Shown here in pieces: positions 22,138-32,539 of a DNA stretch of 64,000 bases. The notes beneath the pieces are model-generated. The model was not told where the DNA came from and searched no databases. It saw nothing but the letters and a program-made list of their open reading frames with translations. Origin of the DNA: an uncultured bacterium (GTDB taxonomy: Bacteria; Babelota; Babeliae; Babelales; Babelaceae). The stretch's first letter is position 1; each line of letters opens with the position of its first letter. Location: positions 704,001 to 768,000 of the forward strand of contig CAWFXL010000001.1 in the NCBI GenBank assembly GCA_963819815.1. Reading direction: 5' to 3'. The position numbers and the translations under genes are program-made.

Positions 22138-22175
22138 TCAAGCTTTCTGGTAAAGAAATACGCCAGAAAGCTTGA
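22138..22175. terminator. 13-bp hairpin between convergent genes
   Basis: TCAAGCTTTCTGG-12 nt-CCAGAAAGCTTGA. Confidence 0.6.
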
Positions 22176-22424
22176 ATAGAGTGGATAACCATAATGCAAT
22201 AGCAATCAGCTTGGGAGCATTAAGCTCCATAGGAGTAGTAATTCATCCCTCTGATATGCAAAGAACCAAGGGGAGAAAACACTGCTCTTGAAGATAGTAC
22301 CTCGAACCCATCTGATAGAGTGTTACAATATAAAATGATCTGATCAATATATCCAAGAATAAAGCAGCTCTCAGAAAATCTATGCAATTTTTGAATCAAA
22401 ACATTTAAAAGCTAAGCTCCAGAA

Positions 22425-23897
22425 TCATTCTTTTTGAAAAAGGTCTTCAAGATTTACCACTCCTGAAACCATCGCCTCAGCATACAGGGATGGCTTCAAC
22501 CCGCTAGCAGATACAAAAGCGAGAAAGATAAGCTTTTTTGTTTTGGTGCGCTTTTTGAATGCGTCAATTTTCTTGGAAAGTACTTCAGCATACTGCTTAT
22601 CGATGATAAACTCATTCAGGCTATACTTAATTTCGCAAAGAGTAATTGCACCATCATCGCGGTCAAACAATAAATCAACCTGAGCTCCCTGATCCTTTGA
22701 ACCTCGAGCGGGTACGTATCGCCAAGCATAGGGAATTGCCGTAGGACTTAATTGCAAGGCTATGCTTATTTGAGGAATATGCTTATAGCAAAGTGCTTCA
22801 AACGCATACCCAGACCAGCTGCGCCATTGAGCTGAGTTCTGGATGCGCTCCCAATATCCTTTACGCATACCCTTTTCTAAAAGCGTTTCTTGAATCGGCT
22901 CTATCCAATGAAAATAAAAAAGACTATATTCGTCAGTCATCTTATAATAGACACCTCTTCGTGCATGCTTAAACGGCTTAAACCGCTGAATAAAACCGGC
23001 CTCTTCTAAGTCTTCAAGCCAAGAGATTAGTCTGCCACCGCTGGAAATATGTTTGAACTGAGATGCAAGATCCTCTTGACCTATTCCATAATGATGTTGG
23101 GCAATTGTTCTCGCAAGCTCAATATGACCTTCTTGGGACCCAAAAAGCGTCTCATATAAATTAGTAAACTCGCTCATAAGAAAGCTATTTTTTTTGAATG
23201 CTAACCGTTCGATCGTCTGAACTGCAGTAGCACCGGGCTCGATTTGAGACAGATAAAAGGGAATCCCGCCAAGCACCATATATAAGTCAGCTATCTGCCT
23301 CTCATTGAGCTTTATTTTTGCATATGCCAGGTACTCTTTCGTTTGTGCAAGATTGAGTGGCTCCAAGTGAATTCTTTTTGTAACTCGGTTATAGAGGCCA
23401 CCTTTATTATTGATAATATTTTTTACGATCCATCCTGCTGATGATCCGCAAATAATAAGTTTAATCCTACCATCTTGAGACCAGTAATGATTCCAGAAGT
23501 ACTCAAGCATCTGGATTAAGCGTGCATTTGGAGTCACCATCCAGGGAAACTCATCAAAAAAGAGAACTATTTTTTTCTTATTTGATAGCTCGATGTAATC
23601 CGTTAGAAACTTAAAAGCGTCACGCCAATTATCAGGTACTTTTGCACTACCTACTGGAACTCCGAACGCCCGCACAAGTGCTTCAGAAAAACCCGTCAAT
23701 TGTTCTTGAAGACTAGCATCTTTTATACCGGTGATAGAAAAGAAAAGCGCTTCTTTACGATCCTTAAAGGCATTTCGCACAAGGAATGTCTTTCCTACCC
23801 GCCTTCTTCCATAGAGGGCAATAAACTGAGGCGATGGCGAAACGTAGGCTGAATCAAGAATTTTCAGCTCATCTTTGCGACCAACAATACTACTCAT
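22425..23897 (-). CDS. P-loop ATPase (archaeal-ATPase type) with C-terminal PD-(D/E)XK nuclease-fold domain (DUF234-like)
   Basis: IVGR..EL, YGRRRVGKT, FFDEFPW, ICGS, GGIPFYL, QVDLL...LCEIK. Confidence 0.88.
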   Translation of the reverse strand: MSSIVGRKDELKILDSAYVSPSPQFIALYGRRRVGKTFLVRNAFKDRKEALFFSITGIKDASLQEQLTGFSEALVRAFGVPVGSAKVPDNWRDAFKFLTDYIELSNKKKIVLFFDEFPWMVTPNARLIQMLEYFWNHYWSQDGRIKLIICGSSAGWIVKNIINNKGGLYNRVTKRIHLEPLNLAQTKEYLAYAKIKLNERQIADLYMVLGGIPFYLSQIEPGATAVQTIERLAFKKNSFLMSEFTNLYETLFGSQEGHIELARTIAQHHYGIGQEDLASQFKHISSGGRLISWLEDLEEAGFIQRFKPFKHARRGVYYKMTDEYSLFYFHWIEPIQETLLEKGMRKGYWERIQNSAQWRSWSGYAFEALCYKHIPQISIALQLSPTAIPYAWRYVPARGSKDQGAQVDLLFDRDDGAITLCEIKYSLNEFIIDKQYAEVLSKKIDAFKKRTKTKKLIFLAFVSASGLKPSLYAEAMVSGVVNLEDLFQKE

Positions 23898-23919
23898 ATA
23901 TGCTCCCTCCTTACAATTC

Positions 23920-24037
23920 TGTTCCGCCTCCTTGAAGGATGCCAGAAAAGGCGGAACAAGTCAAAAATTGAGCTGTTCCGCCTCGCTGAACCCACTTTGA
24001 AAAGGCGGAACAGAATCAAATTCGATTTATCCCGCCT
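23920..24037. repeat. Array of alternating inverted 10-bp motifs with 54-bp period, overlapping the ATPase promoter
   Basis: TGTTCCGCCT at 23920 and 23974, TATCCCGCCT at 24028, AGGCGGAACA at 23949 and 24003; minus-strand TTGACT (23964-23959)-17 bp-CATCCT. Confidence 0.92.
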
Positions 24038-24128
24038 CACTGAATGTTAAGTAACAGCATGGTCGACTTACAAATATGCCTTCTAGATGGAAATAAAGAA
24101 CAACGCGCCCACATTAACGAGCTTCAGA

Positions 24129-24527
24129 TTAAAGTTTTTGGCCACCTCTTCTTTCTATTGCTTCATCAATAAAGGTATCGATGATCTTGCTTAGAGAAAT
24201 ATTGCGCTTTGTTGCTTCTTGGATTAGGCGATGATGTCTTTCGGGAGTCGTCCAATACGCTATAGTATCTTTGCAGAAATATCTGTTCGAAGGTTCTGCA
24301 ATAGCGTGGCCTCGACATAAACAAGACTCAACATACAGCGCTAACGCTTCTTGGATAGATTCAAAAGCTTCAGCTATAGAAGAACCATCTGTTACGACTT
24401 GAGGTAACTCATTAATACTCAAGATAAATATTCTACCTGAGTTACTATCAATGTCCTATCCAACAGTATAGGTCCAAGGGAGATTGAGATAGTATGTCAC
24501 ATCCTTAGATGCCGTCTTGATATCCAT
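24129..24527 (-). pseudogene. HicB-like antitoxin with an in-frame TAG at 24458-24456
   Basis: MDIKTASKDVTYYLNLPWTYTVG*DIDSNSGRIFILSINELPQVVTDG..EA..I.EAL; RHH-like C-terminus. Confidence 0.75.
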
Positions 24528-24602
24528 AAGCATTAGATGCCACCTTAAGTAGATCGTCGGTGAGGACTTTTCTTAATGATAACAACCATGTACCCTCATG
24601 CG

Positions 24603-25179
24603 TCAATCAAGAGTCTCTATCTCTTCTAATGGTATACGAGATTCTTGATGTGGTTCATGATGAAACTGATAGGTCTCAATAAATGCGCCCAGTGGTCGAT
24701 GATTGCTTAGGAGCGCCTGAGGATCTTGAAGTAATGTTTCAAAATTTGAGTCAGGAGTAAGGGAAAGCGTTTTCCCGATGACTTTACCATTAGCCAGCTT
24801 CACCCCATCACCAGGTACAATATAGTATCCTTTTTTTGTACCGATGTATCTGATATTCTTTACCCTCTATGGTGAGGTTTTCAGGAAGATACGGACCCTC
24901 CCAATTATGTGGCTCTAATAGATTCATAGATCCTACAACAGACCCTGCAAAAGAACCAACATTGAGAAAGTCGATCAGATCTTTAGGATTGCGAAATGCA
25001 GTTATCTTACATCGATCGTTTATGCGCTTAAAGATATCCCTAAGCTGCACAATATGATCAGCTATAAGCTCATCATTTGCCTTACGAGCTTGCATAAGAT
25101 AGCGAATAATAATTATCCCAGAGCCCGCCACAAAAAGAAGCGCTAGGAAAATCCATGATCGATTATGTTGTGCAACCAT
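24603..25179 (-). CDS. Hypothetical single-pass membrane protein, split by one +1 indel near 24845
   Basis: Removing one base joins GKEYQI to IGTKKGYYIVPGDGVKLANGK; N-terminal TM helix, NWEGPYL motif. Confidence 0.7.
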
Positions 25180-25189
25180 ATTTTTCACT

Positions 25190-25474
25190 TCAATGGCATG
25201 ATGAGGAATCACATTTACAGTCTGCTGAATTGCATTTGCAATCAGCTACATTACCCTGACATCGTTTTGAATGGGCTAAATATAAGAAGACAAAACAGAG
25301 CATCGCAGCAAAACCGATCATAACATAGTTAGAGCTAGAAGTAATTGTGACACCCCAGATGGAAATAGGCAGCAGCCCATAAGCCTGAAATCCAATATGA
25401 ACAAGCATATCCCAAAAAGCCGCCCCTGCAAGAAAATACCACAGATCATGTAATGACCAACATTTACACCACAT
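25190..25474 (-). CDS. Small 2-TM protein with Cys-rich tail
   Basis: AGGAG RBS; two hydrophobic helices; ADCKC twice. Confidence 0.75.
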   Translation of the reverse strand: MWCKCWSLHDLWYFLAGAAFWDMLVHIGFQAYGLLPISIWGVTITSSSNYVMIGFAAMLCFVFLYLAHSKRCQGNVADCKCNSADCKCDSSSCH

Positions 25475-25554
25475 ATGGACTCCTTTTGATAATAGATGTA
25501 TTAACTTTCAGCGTAAGCATAAAAGAATCTTACGCAAGAAGCAACTCTACTTTG

Positions 25555-27300
25555 TCATGCTTGTGTATTTTTATAGATCCTAGCTAATGCTTGGCTAGAT
25601 TCACCAAATCCCTGATCTGCTAAAAGTTTATGCCTTCTTTTAGCTTCTTCTATATTACCTTCTTGTTCAAATAGAATGGCTAAGCAATATTGCGCGTTAG
25701 CAAATCCTTGTTCTGCTGCAAGCTCAAAAAGTTTTCTCGCTTCGAGTGCATTACCCTCTTGTTCACAAATAATAGCTAGATTGTGTTGAGCATTAGCATC
25801 TCCCTGATCTGCTGCAAGTTCATAGAGTCTTCTCGCTTCGAGCGCATTACCCTCTTGTTCATGTATAACAGCTAAGTTGTATTGAGCGTCAGCATCCCCC
25901 TGCTCCGCTGCAAGTTCATATAACCTTCTCGCCTCTTCTGCGTTGCCCTCTTGTTCATGTATAACAGCTAAATTGTATTGAGCGCTAGCATCCCCCTGAT
26001 CTGCTGCAAGTTCATATAATCTTCTCGCTTCTTCTACATTGCCGTCGTTCTCAAAAATAAGGGCTAAGTTGTATTGAGCTTTAGCAAATCCGTTACCAGC
26101 TGAAAGTTCATAGAGTCTTCTCGCTTCTTCTCCATTACCCTCGTTTTCAAAAATAAGGGCTAAGTTGTATTGAGCATGGGCAACTCCCTTATCAGCAGCA
26201 AGCCTATATACTCTCTTAGCTTCCTCTATGTTACCCTCTTGCTCACATATAATTGCTAAGTTGTATTGAGCATCAGAATCCCCTTGATCTGCCAAAAGTT
26301 CATAGAGTCTTTTCGCTGCTTCTACATTGGCCTCGTTTTCAAAAATAAGGGCTAAGTTGTATTGAGATTTAGAAAATCCCTGGTCTGCTGAAAGTATGTA
26401 TAGTCTTCGTGCTTCTTCAACATTACCCTCGTTTCCGGACATAATCGCTAAATTGTATTGGGCATCAGCGAATCCCTTATCTGCTGCAAGCCTATATATG
26501 CTCTTCGCTTCTTCTAAGTTACCCTCGTTCTCATACATAATCGCTAAGTTGTACTGAGCTTTAGCAAATCCCTTATCTGCTGCAAGCCTAAACAATCTCT
26601 TAGCTTCTTCTATATTACCTTCTTGTACACAAATGACGCCTAAGTTGGTTTGAGCTACAAAATCTCCTTGATCTGCCAAAAGTGTATATAACCTTTTAGC
26701 TTCTTCTACATTACCCTCACTCTCACAGATGACACCTAAGTTACATTGAGCACTAGCATATCCCTGATCTGCTGAAAGCTTATACAATCTTTTAGCTTCT
26801 TCTAAATCACCCTCGTTTTCACGTATAATGGCCAAGTTGTATTGTGCATTAGCAAATCCCTGATCCGCTGCAATCTTAAACAATCTCTCAGCGTCTTCCA
26901 AATTACCTTCTTGTGCACTTATGACACCTAAGTTAGTTAGAGCTGCAGCATGTCCCCGATCTGCTAAAATCTTATATAATCTTTTAGCTTCTTCGACATT
27001 ACCCTCTTGTTCATAGATAGTAGCCAAATTGTATTGTGCCGGAACAAACCTCTGATCAGCTGCAAGTATGTACCAGCTCTTCACTTCTTCTATATCGCCC
27101 TCATTCTCACATATAAGGGCCAAGTTGAATTGGGCATGAGCAGATCCGTGCTCCGCGGCAAGCCGATATACTCTCTTAGCCTCTTCTAGGTTACCCATTT
27201 TTTTATATATAAAGCCTTGAGCTGTCCTTAATAAACGATTCAACACCTTAATCTTTAGAAAAAACCCAACAACAAAAAACTTCACTATTATTCTCGTCAT
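25555..27300 (-). CDS. Sel1-like repeat protein, about 17 repeats of 32 aa
   Basis: AADQGxAxAQYNLAxIxExEGNxEEAxRLY consensus; 96-bp DNA periodicity; start uncertain. Confidence 0.93.
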   Translation of the reverse strand: MTRIIVKFFVVGFFLKIKVLNRLLRTAQGFIYKKMGNLEEAKRVYRLAAEHGSAHAQFNLALICENEGDIEEVKSWYILAADQRFVPAQYNLATIYEQEGNVEEAKRLYKILADRGHAAALTNLGVISAQEGNLEDAERLFKIAADQGFANAQYNLAIIRENEGDLEEAKRLYKLSADQGYASAQCNLGVICESEGNVEEAKRLYTLLADQGDFVAQTNLGVICVQEGNIEEAKRLFRLAADKGFAKAQYNLAIMYENEGNLEEAKSIYRLAADKGFADAQYNLAIMSGNEGNVEEARRLYILSADQGFSKSQYNLALIFENEANVEAAKRLYELLADQGDSDAQYNLAIICEQEGNIEEAKRVYRLAADKGVAHAQYNLALIFENEGNGEEARRLYELSAGNGFAKAQYNLALIFENDGNVEEARRLYELAADQGDASAQYNLAVIHEQEGNAEEARRLYELAAEQGDADAQYNLAVIHEQEGNALEARRLYELAADQGDANAQHNLAIICEQEGNALEARKLFELAAEQGFANAQYCLAILFEQEGNIEEAKRRHKLLADQGFGESSQALARIYKNTQA

Positions 27301-27366
27301 TGTTTGTTTCCATAAAATCTTGATACCATATTAGGAATAACTATCACCGGAAGCCAAATCATACCA

Positions 27367-28404
27367 CTAAAAATAATCTAATCTCATTACCTGACGCACT
27401 TCACGCATAGTATGCTCCGCTGCCTGACGGGTCTTTTCAGTACCTTCCTTCAAAACTGAGAGCACATAGTTTTTGTCTTTTTTAAAATGCTCTCTACGCT
27501 CTCTGATAGGTCCAATAATTCCTTCAAGAACTTCAATGAGCCGCTTTTTAAGCACTACATCTCCAAGTCCACCTCGCTGGTAGTGCGCTTTCAATTCTTC
27601 AACCTCCAGGACACGCGGATCAAATACGTCAAGGTACGCAAATACCGTATTGCCTTCCACTTTACCCGGATCGGTCACCTTCAGATGTGTAGGGTCGGTA
27701 TACATGCTCATCACTTTTTTTGCTATTACATCTGGAGAGTCAGAAAGATAGATAGCATTCCCTAAAGACTTGCTCATTTTAGCCTGGCCATCAGTACCTG
27801 GTAATCGGGAAACCTTAGGGACTAGTGCTTTTGCTTCAACGAGAATATCAGTATGATAGACTCGATTAAAGCTCCGCACAATCTCATTGGTCTGTTCGAT
27901 CATCGGAAGTTGGTCTTCACCAACGGGCACTACATCAGCTTTAATAAACGTAATGTCAGCAGCCTGACTAATCGGATAGCACAAGAAGCCCGCGTTAAGC
28001 TTTTCACCAAACCCCTTCTGAAAAATTTCCGTCTTTACGGTTGGATTACGCTGCAGCCGAGCAATGGTCACTAAATTCATATAATAAATAGTAAGCTCAG
28101 CAATTTCGGGGATCATCGACTGAATAAAGATGGCTGATTTGTTCGGATCGATGCCAACAGCTAGATAATCATACGCTACTTCAAGAACATTTTCTCGCAC
28201 CTTCTCAGGCGTATCAAAATTGTCAGTCAATGCCTGAACATCTGCAACAATGATATATTGTTTATGGGTATCTTGTAGGACAAGCCGATTCAGAAGAGAG
28301 CCAACATAATGGCCAAGATGCAGGGGTCCTGTAGGTCGGTCACCGGTCAACACTATCGGAATATGTGAAGTTTTTTTTGCAGCACTTTCTGCGTTTGAGC
28401 TCAT
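27367..28404 (-). CDS. trpS: Tryptophan--tRNA ligase
   Basis: [25 protein letters not shown]. Confidence 0.97.
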   Translation of the reverse strand: MSSNAESAAKKTSHIPIVLTGDRPTGPLHLGHYVGSLLNRLVLQDTHKQYIIVADVQALTDNFDTPEKVRENVLEVAYDYLAVGIDPNKSAIFIQSMIPEIAELTIYYMNLVTIARLQRNPTVKTEIFQKGFGEKLNAGFLCYPISQAADITFIKADVVPVGEDQLPMIEQTNEIVRSFNRVYHTDILVEAKALVPKVSRLPGTDGQAKMSKSLGNAIYLSDSPDVIAKKVMSMYTDPTHLKVTDPGKVEGNTVFAYLDVFDPRVLEVEELKAHYQRGGLGDVVLKKRLIEVLEGIIGPIRERREHFKKDKNYVLSVLKEGTEKTRQAAEHTMREVRQVMRLDYF

Positions 28405-28645
28405 AGCACCAAATCTCCATCAGATTTTTTAGTCTGCCAATAGCACCCATCTCTGATATAAAAGTGCCGACTAAAAGTTCGTTTCAACAGATTTAACTTT
28501 TTTTGTTCGCCTAGATCAATCCAAGCTAATAATCATACTATATGAACTTGTCAGATTTGTCCAAATAAGGTATACTAAGTTCGGTCGAAAAAGGAGAGAC
28601 CAAGCAGATCATTTCCCATATCTTACAAGCTTGTGAAGGGGCTTC

Positions 28646-29479
28646 ATGACATACCTAACGGCAATGCTCGCCCATGTTGCGCGCACATTACCCTACCGCG
28701 ATATTATAGAAGTACTTTTTTTTGCCGGAGCAATTTATTATATACAACTGTGGCTGAAGAAGGACAGCCAGCGCAATCTTCTTTTAGGATTCTATATTTA
28801 TTGTGCACTCTTTTGTGCCTCATACTATGCAGATCTTCCAGTTCTACGTTTTATTTTATTTATATTTGCACCCGCAATAGCGATGCTCTTCATTATTTTG
28901 CATCAAGAAACATTGCAAAAGAATTTTATTACTCTCTCAAATCCTGCAATCCCTCTTAAGGACCAAAGTACCTGGATTGATGAGCTCATCAAATGTACTC
29001 TCACGGCTCTTAATAAGCATAAAGATATTATTGTCGTTCTTGAACGGAATGATCCTCTTAAAAACCTTATTCATGCGCCCTATTTTATTTATGCTGAACT
29101 TAAGAAGGATGTCTTTGAGATTCTTCTTGAGAAGCAGGCGGCAGGAAACGATTATATGATCTGGATAAATCAACAGGGAAAGATTGTTTCCATTAACTCA
29201 TGTTGGAAGACACAGCTTGATGAAGATTGGATTTCGCAAGATGCAGAACATATGCATGTCTGGAAACAGCAGGCACTCTACTTTAGCAGTAAAACTGACG
29301 CTCTTGCGCTTAAGATCAATCCTGTTTCACGAAGCTTTGACGTTGTTTCACAAGGTCGCATAGTGGAAGGAATGACCGCAGATGCGGTGACTACCTACCT
29401 CAAAAAACAGCTTCTTCAAGGCTCACGAAAAGAAAAAGTAGCCATAGTTCAACCTCAAGCATCACAAAAATCAGCTTAA
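28646..29479 (+). CDS. CdaA/DisA_N-like membrane protein with degenerate catalytic motifs
   Basis: 3 N-terminal TM helices, DIIE, ILHQETL, IIVVLERN, QALYFSSKTDA; DGA and RHR absent. Confidence 0.75.
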   Translation: MTYLTAMLAHVARTLPYRDIIEVLFFAGAIYYIQLWLKKDSQRNLLLGFYIYCALFCASYYADLPVLRFILFIFAPAIAMLFIILHQETLQKNFITLSNPAIPLKDQSTWIDELIKCTLTALNKHKDIIVVLERNDPLKNLIHAPYFIYAELKKDVFEILLEKQAAGNDYMIWINQQGKIVSINSCWKTQLDEDWISQDAEHMHVWKQQALYFSSKTDALALKINPVSRSFDVVSQGRIVEGMTADAVTTYLKKQLLQGSRKEKVAIVQPQASQKSA

Positions 29480-29489
29480 CAACCTATGC

Positions 29490-29523
29490 ACAAGATCGCC
29501 GGCTCATATGCTGGCGATCTTGT
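29490..29523 (+). terminator. 14-bp hairpin after the cdaA-like gene
   Basis: ACAAGATCGCCGGC-TCATAT-GCTGGCGATCTTGT. Confidence 0.55.
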
Positions 29524-29935
29524 ATATGTGCTATCTTGTTTATCCACACGCAATGCTACCGGACGTGATTTTACACTCATACATAGCACGACGAAAAAGT
29601 TAAGAAGCATGCTCTCCTTATATAAGAAACTTGGGCCGCCGCTGAGAACCACCCATTCATTCAAACAAACTATTAAAAAATTCATGGACGAATAGAGAGT
29701 CTTCTATTTTTCTGCATGTCGATGGACATGCATCTTCGATTAAACCCATCTATTACCGGGCAAGAATCGTTTGATAGCCTGTTTCTATGCTTTTTATAGG
29801 CATTGGCAGTAAAGATCAGGGTCTAGGAAAAAAATTAATGTAGATATAGTATTAGTAGCCTAGGTATCGTAAACCCGCTTGACTACGAGAGCAAGAATAT
29901 CTTTAAGAAGTTAAGCCAATGAAGGAACTATTATT

Positions 29936-31084
29936 ATGAAAAATCTATTTATTTTTTGTGGACTACAGCTCTTAATAATACCATGTGAGGCTGCAGAGTC
30001 ATCATGCCTAGCAAAACCTCGATCTGAAGAGACTACGGCACAAGACACCAAACTAGAATCCCTCTTTAAAGTAATCCGATTCGGCAACATGTCTGAAGAT
30101 GATCTTTTGAACAAGGTTGATGAATTACTTAGCCAGGGCTGCGACGTGAACCAAGTAGGCTATCTAGACAGAACCCTGCTCATGTTTGCAGCTGCGCGAG
30201 ACTATAGAGCTGTAGTACAGAAGCTAATAGATGCAGGTGCCGATCTGAAAATTCGGGACAAGGGCGGTATGAATGCGCTTATGTTTGGCGCCTATCAAGG
30301 GCATGCGGAAATATGTACGCTTCTTATTGGACATATGGGGAGAATCAGTATCGATGCTCCTGATAATAGCGAGACAACCGCCCTCATGTATGCTGCACGT
30401 AGCGGTAGTAAAGCTACCATTTCTCTGCTGTTACAGCATGGAGCTCAGACCAATGCGCGAAACAAATCAGGTTCAACTCCCCTTATGCAAGCCTGTGGTG
30501 CCTCGTTTCCGTCTGTTGAGGTGTCCTGGCGTTCATCTTCGCAAAAAGGGAAAATTAAAACCTTGGCTGAGGCGCGTACTGCTGGCATAGATGCCTGTAC
30601 AGAACTTCTGCAAAGCGGAGCCGACATGGGTGCTGTTGATGCAAGTGGCAGGTCAGCACTTTTTTATGCTGCGTTAAATTTGCGAGAAGATGTATGCAAA
30701 CTATTGTTGAGTCGAGGAGCTACAAGTATACGAATTGTTGAACCAGACAACTTACTCTACGTCAACGATCTTATGTCAGCAGCTCTTTTAGGTAATGAAA
30801 CTTGCTTAAAGGTATTGCTCGATGCTGGCGTACCCGTAAATGCCAAAAATGATCACGGCGAAACAGCTCTTCTTAAAGCGGCTTCTCGGGGTCATCTACC
30901 CTGCATTTCTTGCTTGCTCACTGCCAAAGCAGATATAGAGCTATGCGATGATACCGGTCTTACACCATTATATGCGGCTGCACAAGAAGATCAAAAACAA
31001 GCTGTTGCCACTCTGCTTAAAGCGGGCGCTCGGCGAACTCTTGATCCTCGCTTTCAACATATCAATAGCAGATTTTCATGGTAA
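29936..31084 (+). CDS. Ankyrin-repeat protein with signal peptide
   Basis: TALMYAA, TPLM, LL..GA..N repeats. Confidence 0.93.
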   Translation: MKNLFIFCGLQLLIIPCEAAESSCLAKPRSEETTAQDTKLESLFKVIRFGNMSEDDLLNKVDELLSQGCDVNQVGYLDRTLLMFAAARDYRAVVQKLIDAGADLKIRDKGGMNALMFGAYQGHAEICTLLIGHMGRISIDAPDNSETTALMYAARSGSKATISLLLQHGAQTNARNKSGSTPLMQACGASFPSVEVSWRSSSQKGKIKTLAEARTAGIDACTELLQSGADMGAVDASGRSALFYAALNLREDVCKLLLSRGATSIRIVEPDNLLYVNDLMSAALLGNETCLKVLLDAGVPVNAKNDHGETALLKAASRGHLPCISCLLTAKADIELCDDTGLTPLYAAAQEDQKQAVATLLKAGARRTLDPRFQHINSRFSW

Positions 31085-31203
31085 AGAAGCTTACGGCTAT
31101 ATTACACGATGCTGTCGTGCGATGATTATTGAAACTTCTCGACCCGAAACAAGGGTAAATCTCGCACAAGCTAATCCAATTTAAAAAATCTTATGGGGTT
31201 ATT

Positions 31204-32539
31204 ATGAAAAATCTGATTATTCTTTGTGGGCTCTCACTAGGATGCGGGATGCCGTGCGAGGCTGCAAAGCCACCATGCATAACAAAATCTCAACATAGAT
31301 TCATAGACGACGAAACACAGACAGCAAAATTTAACTCATTTGCCATAGCCCTCTATCGGGACACTAAACCTGAAGATGAGCTTTTAAAAAAGGCTCGTGA
31401 ATTACTTAGCCAGGGAGTCGATGTCAACAAAAAACATCATTCCTTAACCTTACTCATGCTCGCGGTTGCGAAAGGATATGGAGCTTTAGTACAGGTGCTG
31501 TTAGATGCAGGTGCTGATCTGAGCATGCGCAGTTCAACTGGTATGACGGCACTCATGATTGGTGCTTATCAACAAGAAGCAGAAATGTGTAGGCTGCTTA
31601 TACAACACATGGAGAAAAAGCGACAGTACGGTACCATTGCCCGTGCTCTTATAGAGCGCATGGGCTCTTGTGATATTAAAGGAGCCTTACCAGGTGCTCA
31701 CAGGCTCTGATCAAGAAGGTATCGATGCTACTGATGATACTGGAATGACCGCTTTAATGTATGCAGCTCATAATGGAGACAAAGCTACTACTGCTCTACT
31801 TCTCCAGCATGGCGCACAGGTTAATGCTCGAAACAAGTTTGGTATAACTCCTCTTATGCTATCCTGCGGGGCCCCCATACCACGAGCAGTACGAGACTTT
31901 GTTGAAATTATTACTCTCAGCATAGATGCCTGTGTAGAGCTTCTTCAAAATGATGCCGACATTATGCTTCGTGACCAGAATGGAAAATCAGCGCTTACGT
32001 ATGCTGCAGAGAACCTTGGAGAAGAGGAATGCAAATTATTGTTGAGTCAAGGAGCTCAAGAAAAGCATTTCAATAGATTTGGTTACCCCCCTGTCAACGC
32101 TGACAATTTTTTCCTAGCAGCGTTACATAATAAAGAGGCTTGCTTAAGAGTATTACTCGATGCGGGAGTACCTGTAAATGCTACCCTACATGATGGAGCA
32201 ACCGCTCTTCATTATGCAGCTTCTAAAGGCCATCTATCTTGTCTTTCCTCCTTGCTAAATGCCGGAGCACATACTGAGCTACGTGATACAAGGGGCTTTA
32301 CCCCATTGTATTCCGCTGCAGCCGATGGTCATAAGCAGGCTGTTGATGCTCTGGTTAAATTCGGTGCCAATCGAATTCTCGATTTTTCCTGTGTTGAACA
32401 TGGATATTCTCGTCAACTAGGCGAATGTATTAAAAAGTGGTTTCAGCAAGAGACGCACAATTATGAGGAGCTTGCCCAGGAGATCGATAGATTAAAAGAA
32501 AAATTCGGTCCTGTGGCAAGTCAAAAGAGGTTCTTATGA
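31204..32539 (+). CDS. Ankyrin-repeat protein with signal peptide, split by one +1 indel near 31690
   Basis: TTACCAGGTG vs TTACACGTG in the paralogue; removing one C restores DIKGALQVLTGSDQE. Confidence 0.9.

Noticed and set aside
23920..24037. CRISPR array
   Set aside because: Only 2.5 units, arms are 10 bp and alternate in orientation, spacers resemble each other, and no cas genes are in the window
28405..28500. T-box or attenuator upstream of trpS
   Set aside because: An imperfect TTTTAGTC/GACTAAAA stem exists, but no T-box consensus or Trp leader peptide was found
29530..29935. ARG box controlling the ankyrin genes
   Set aside because: Only ATTCA half-sites, no palindromic box
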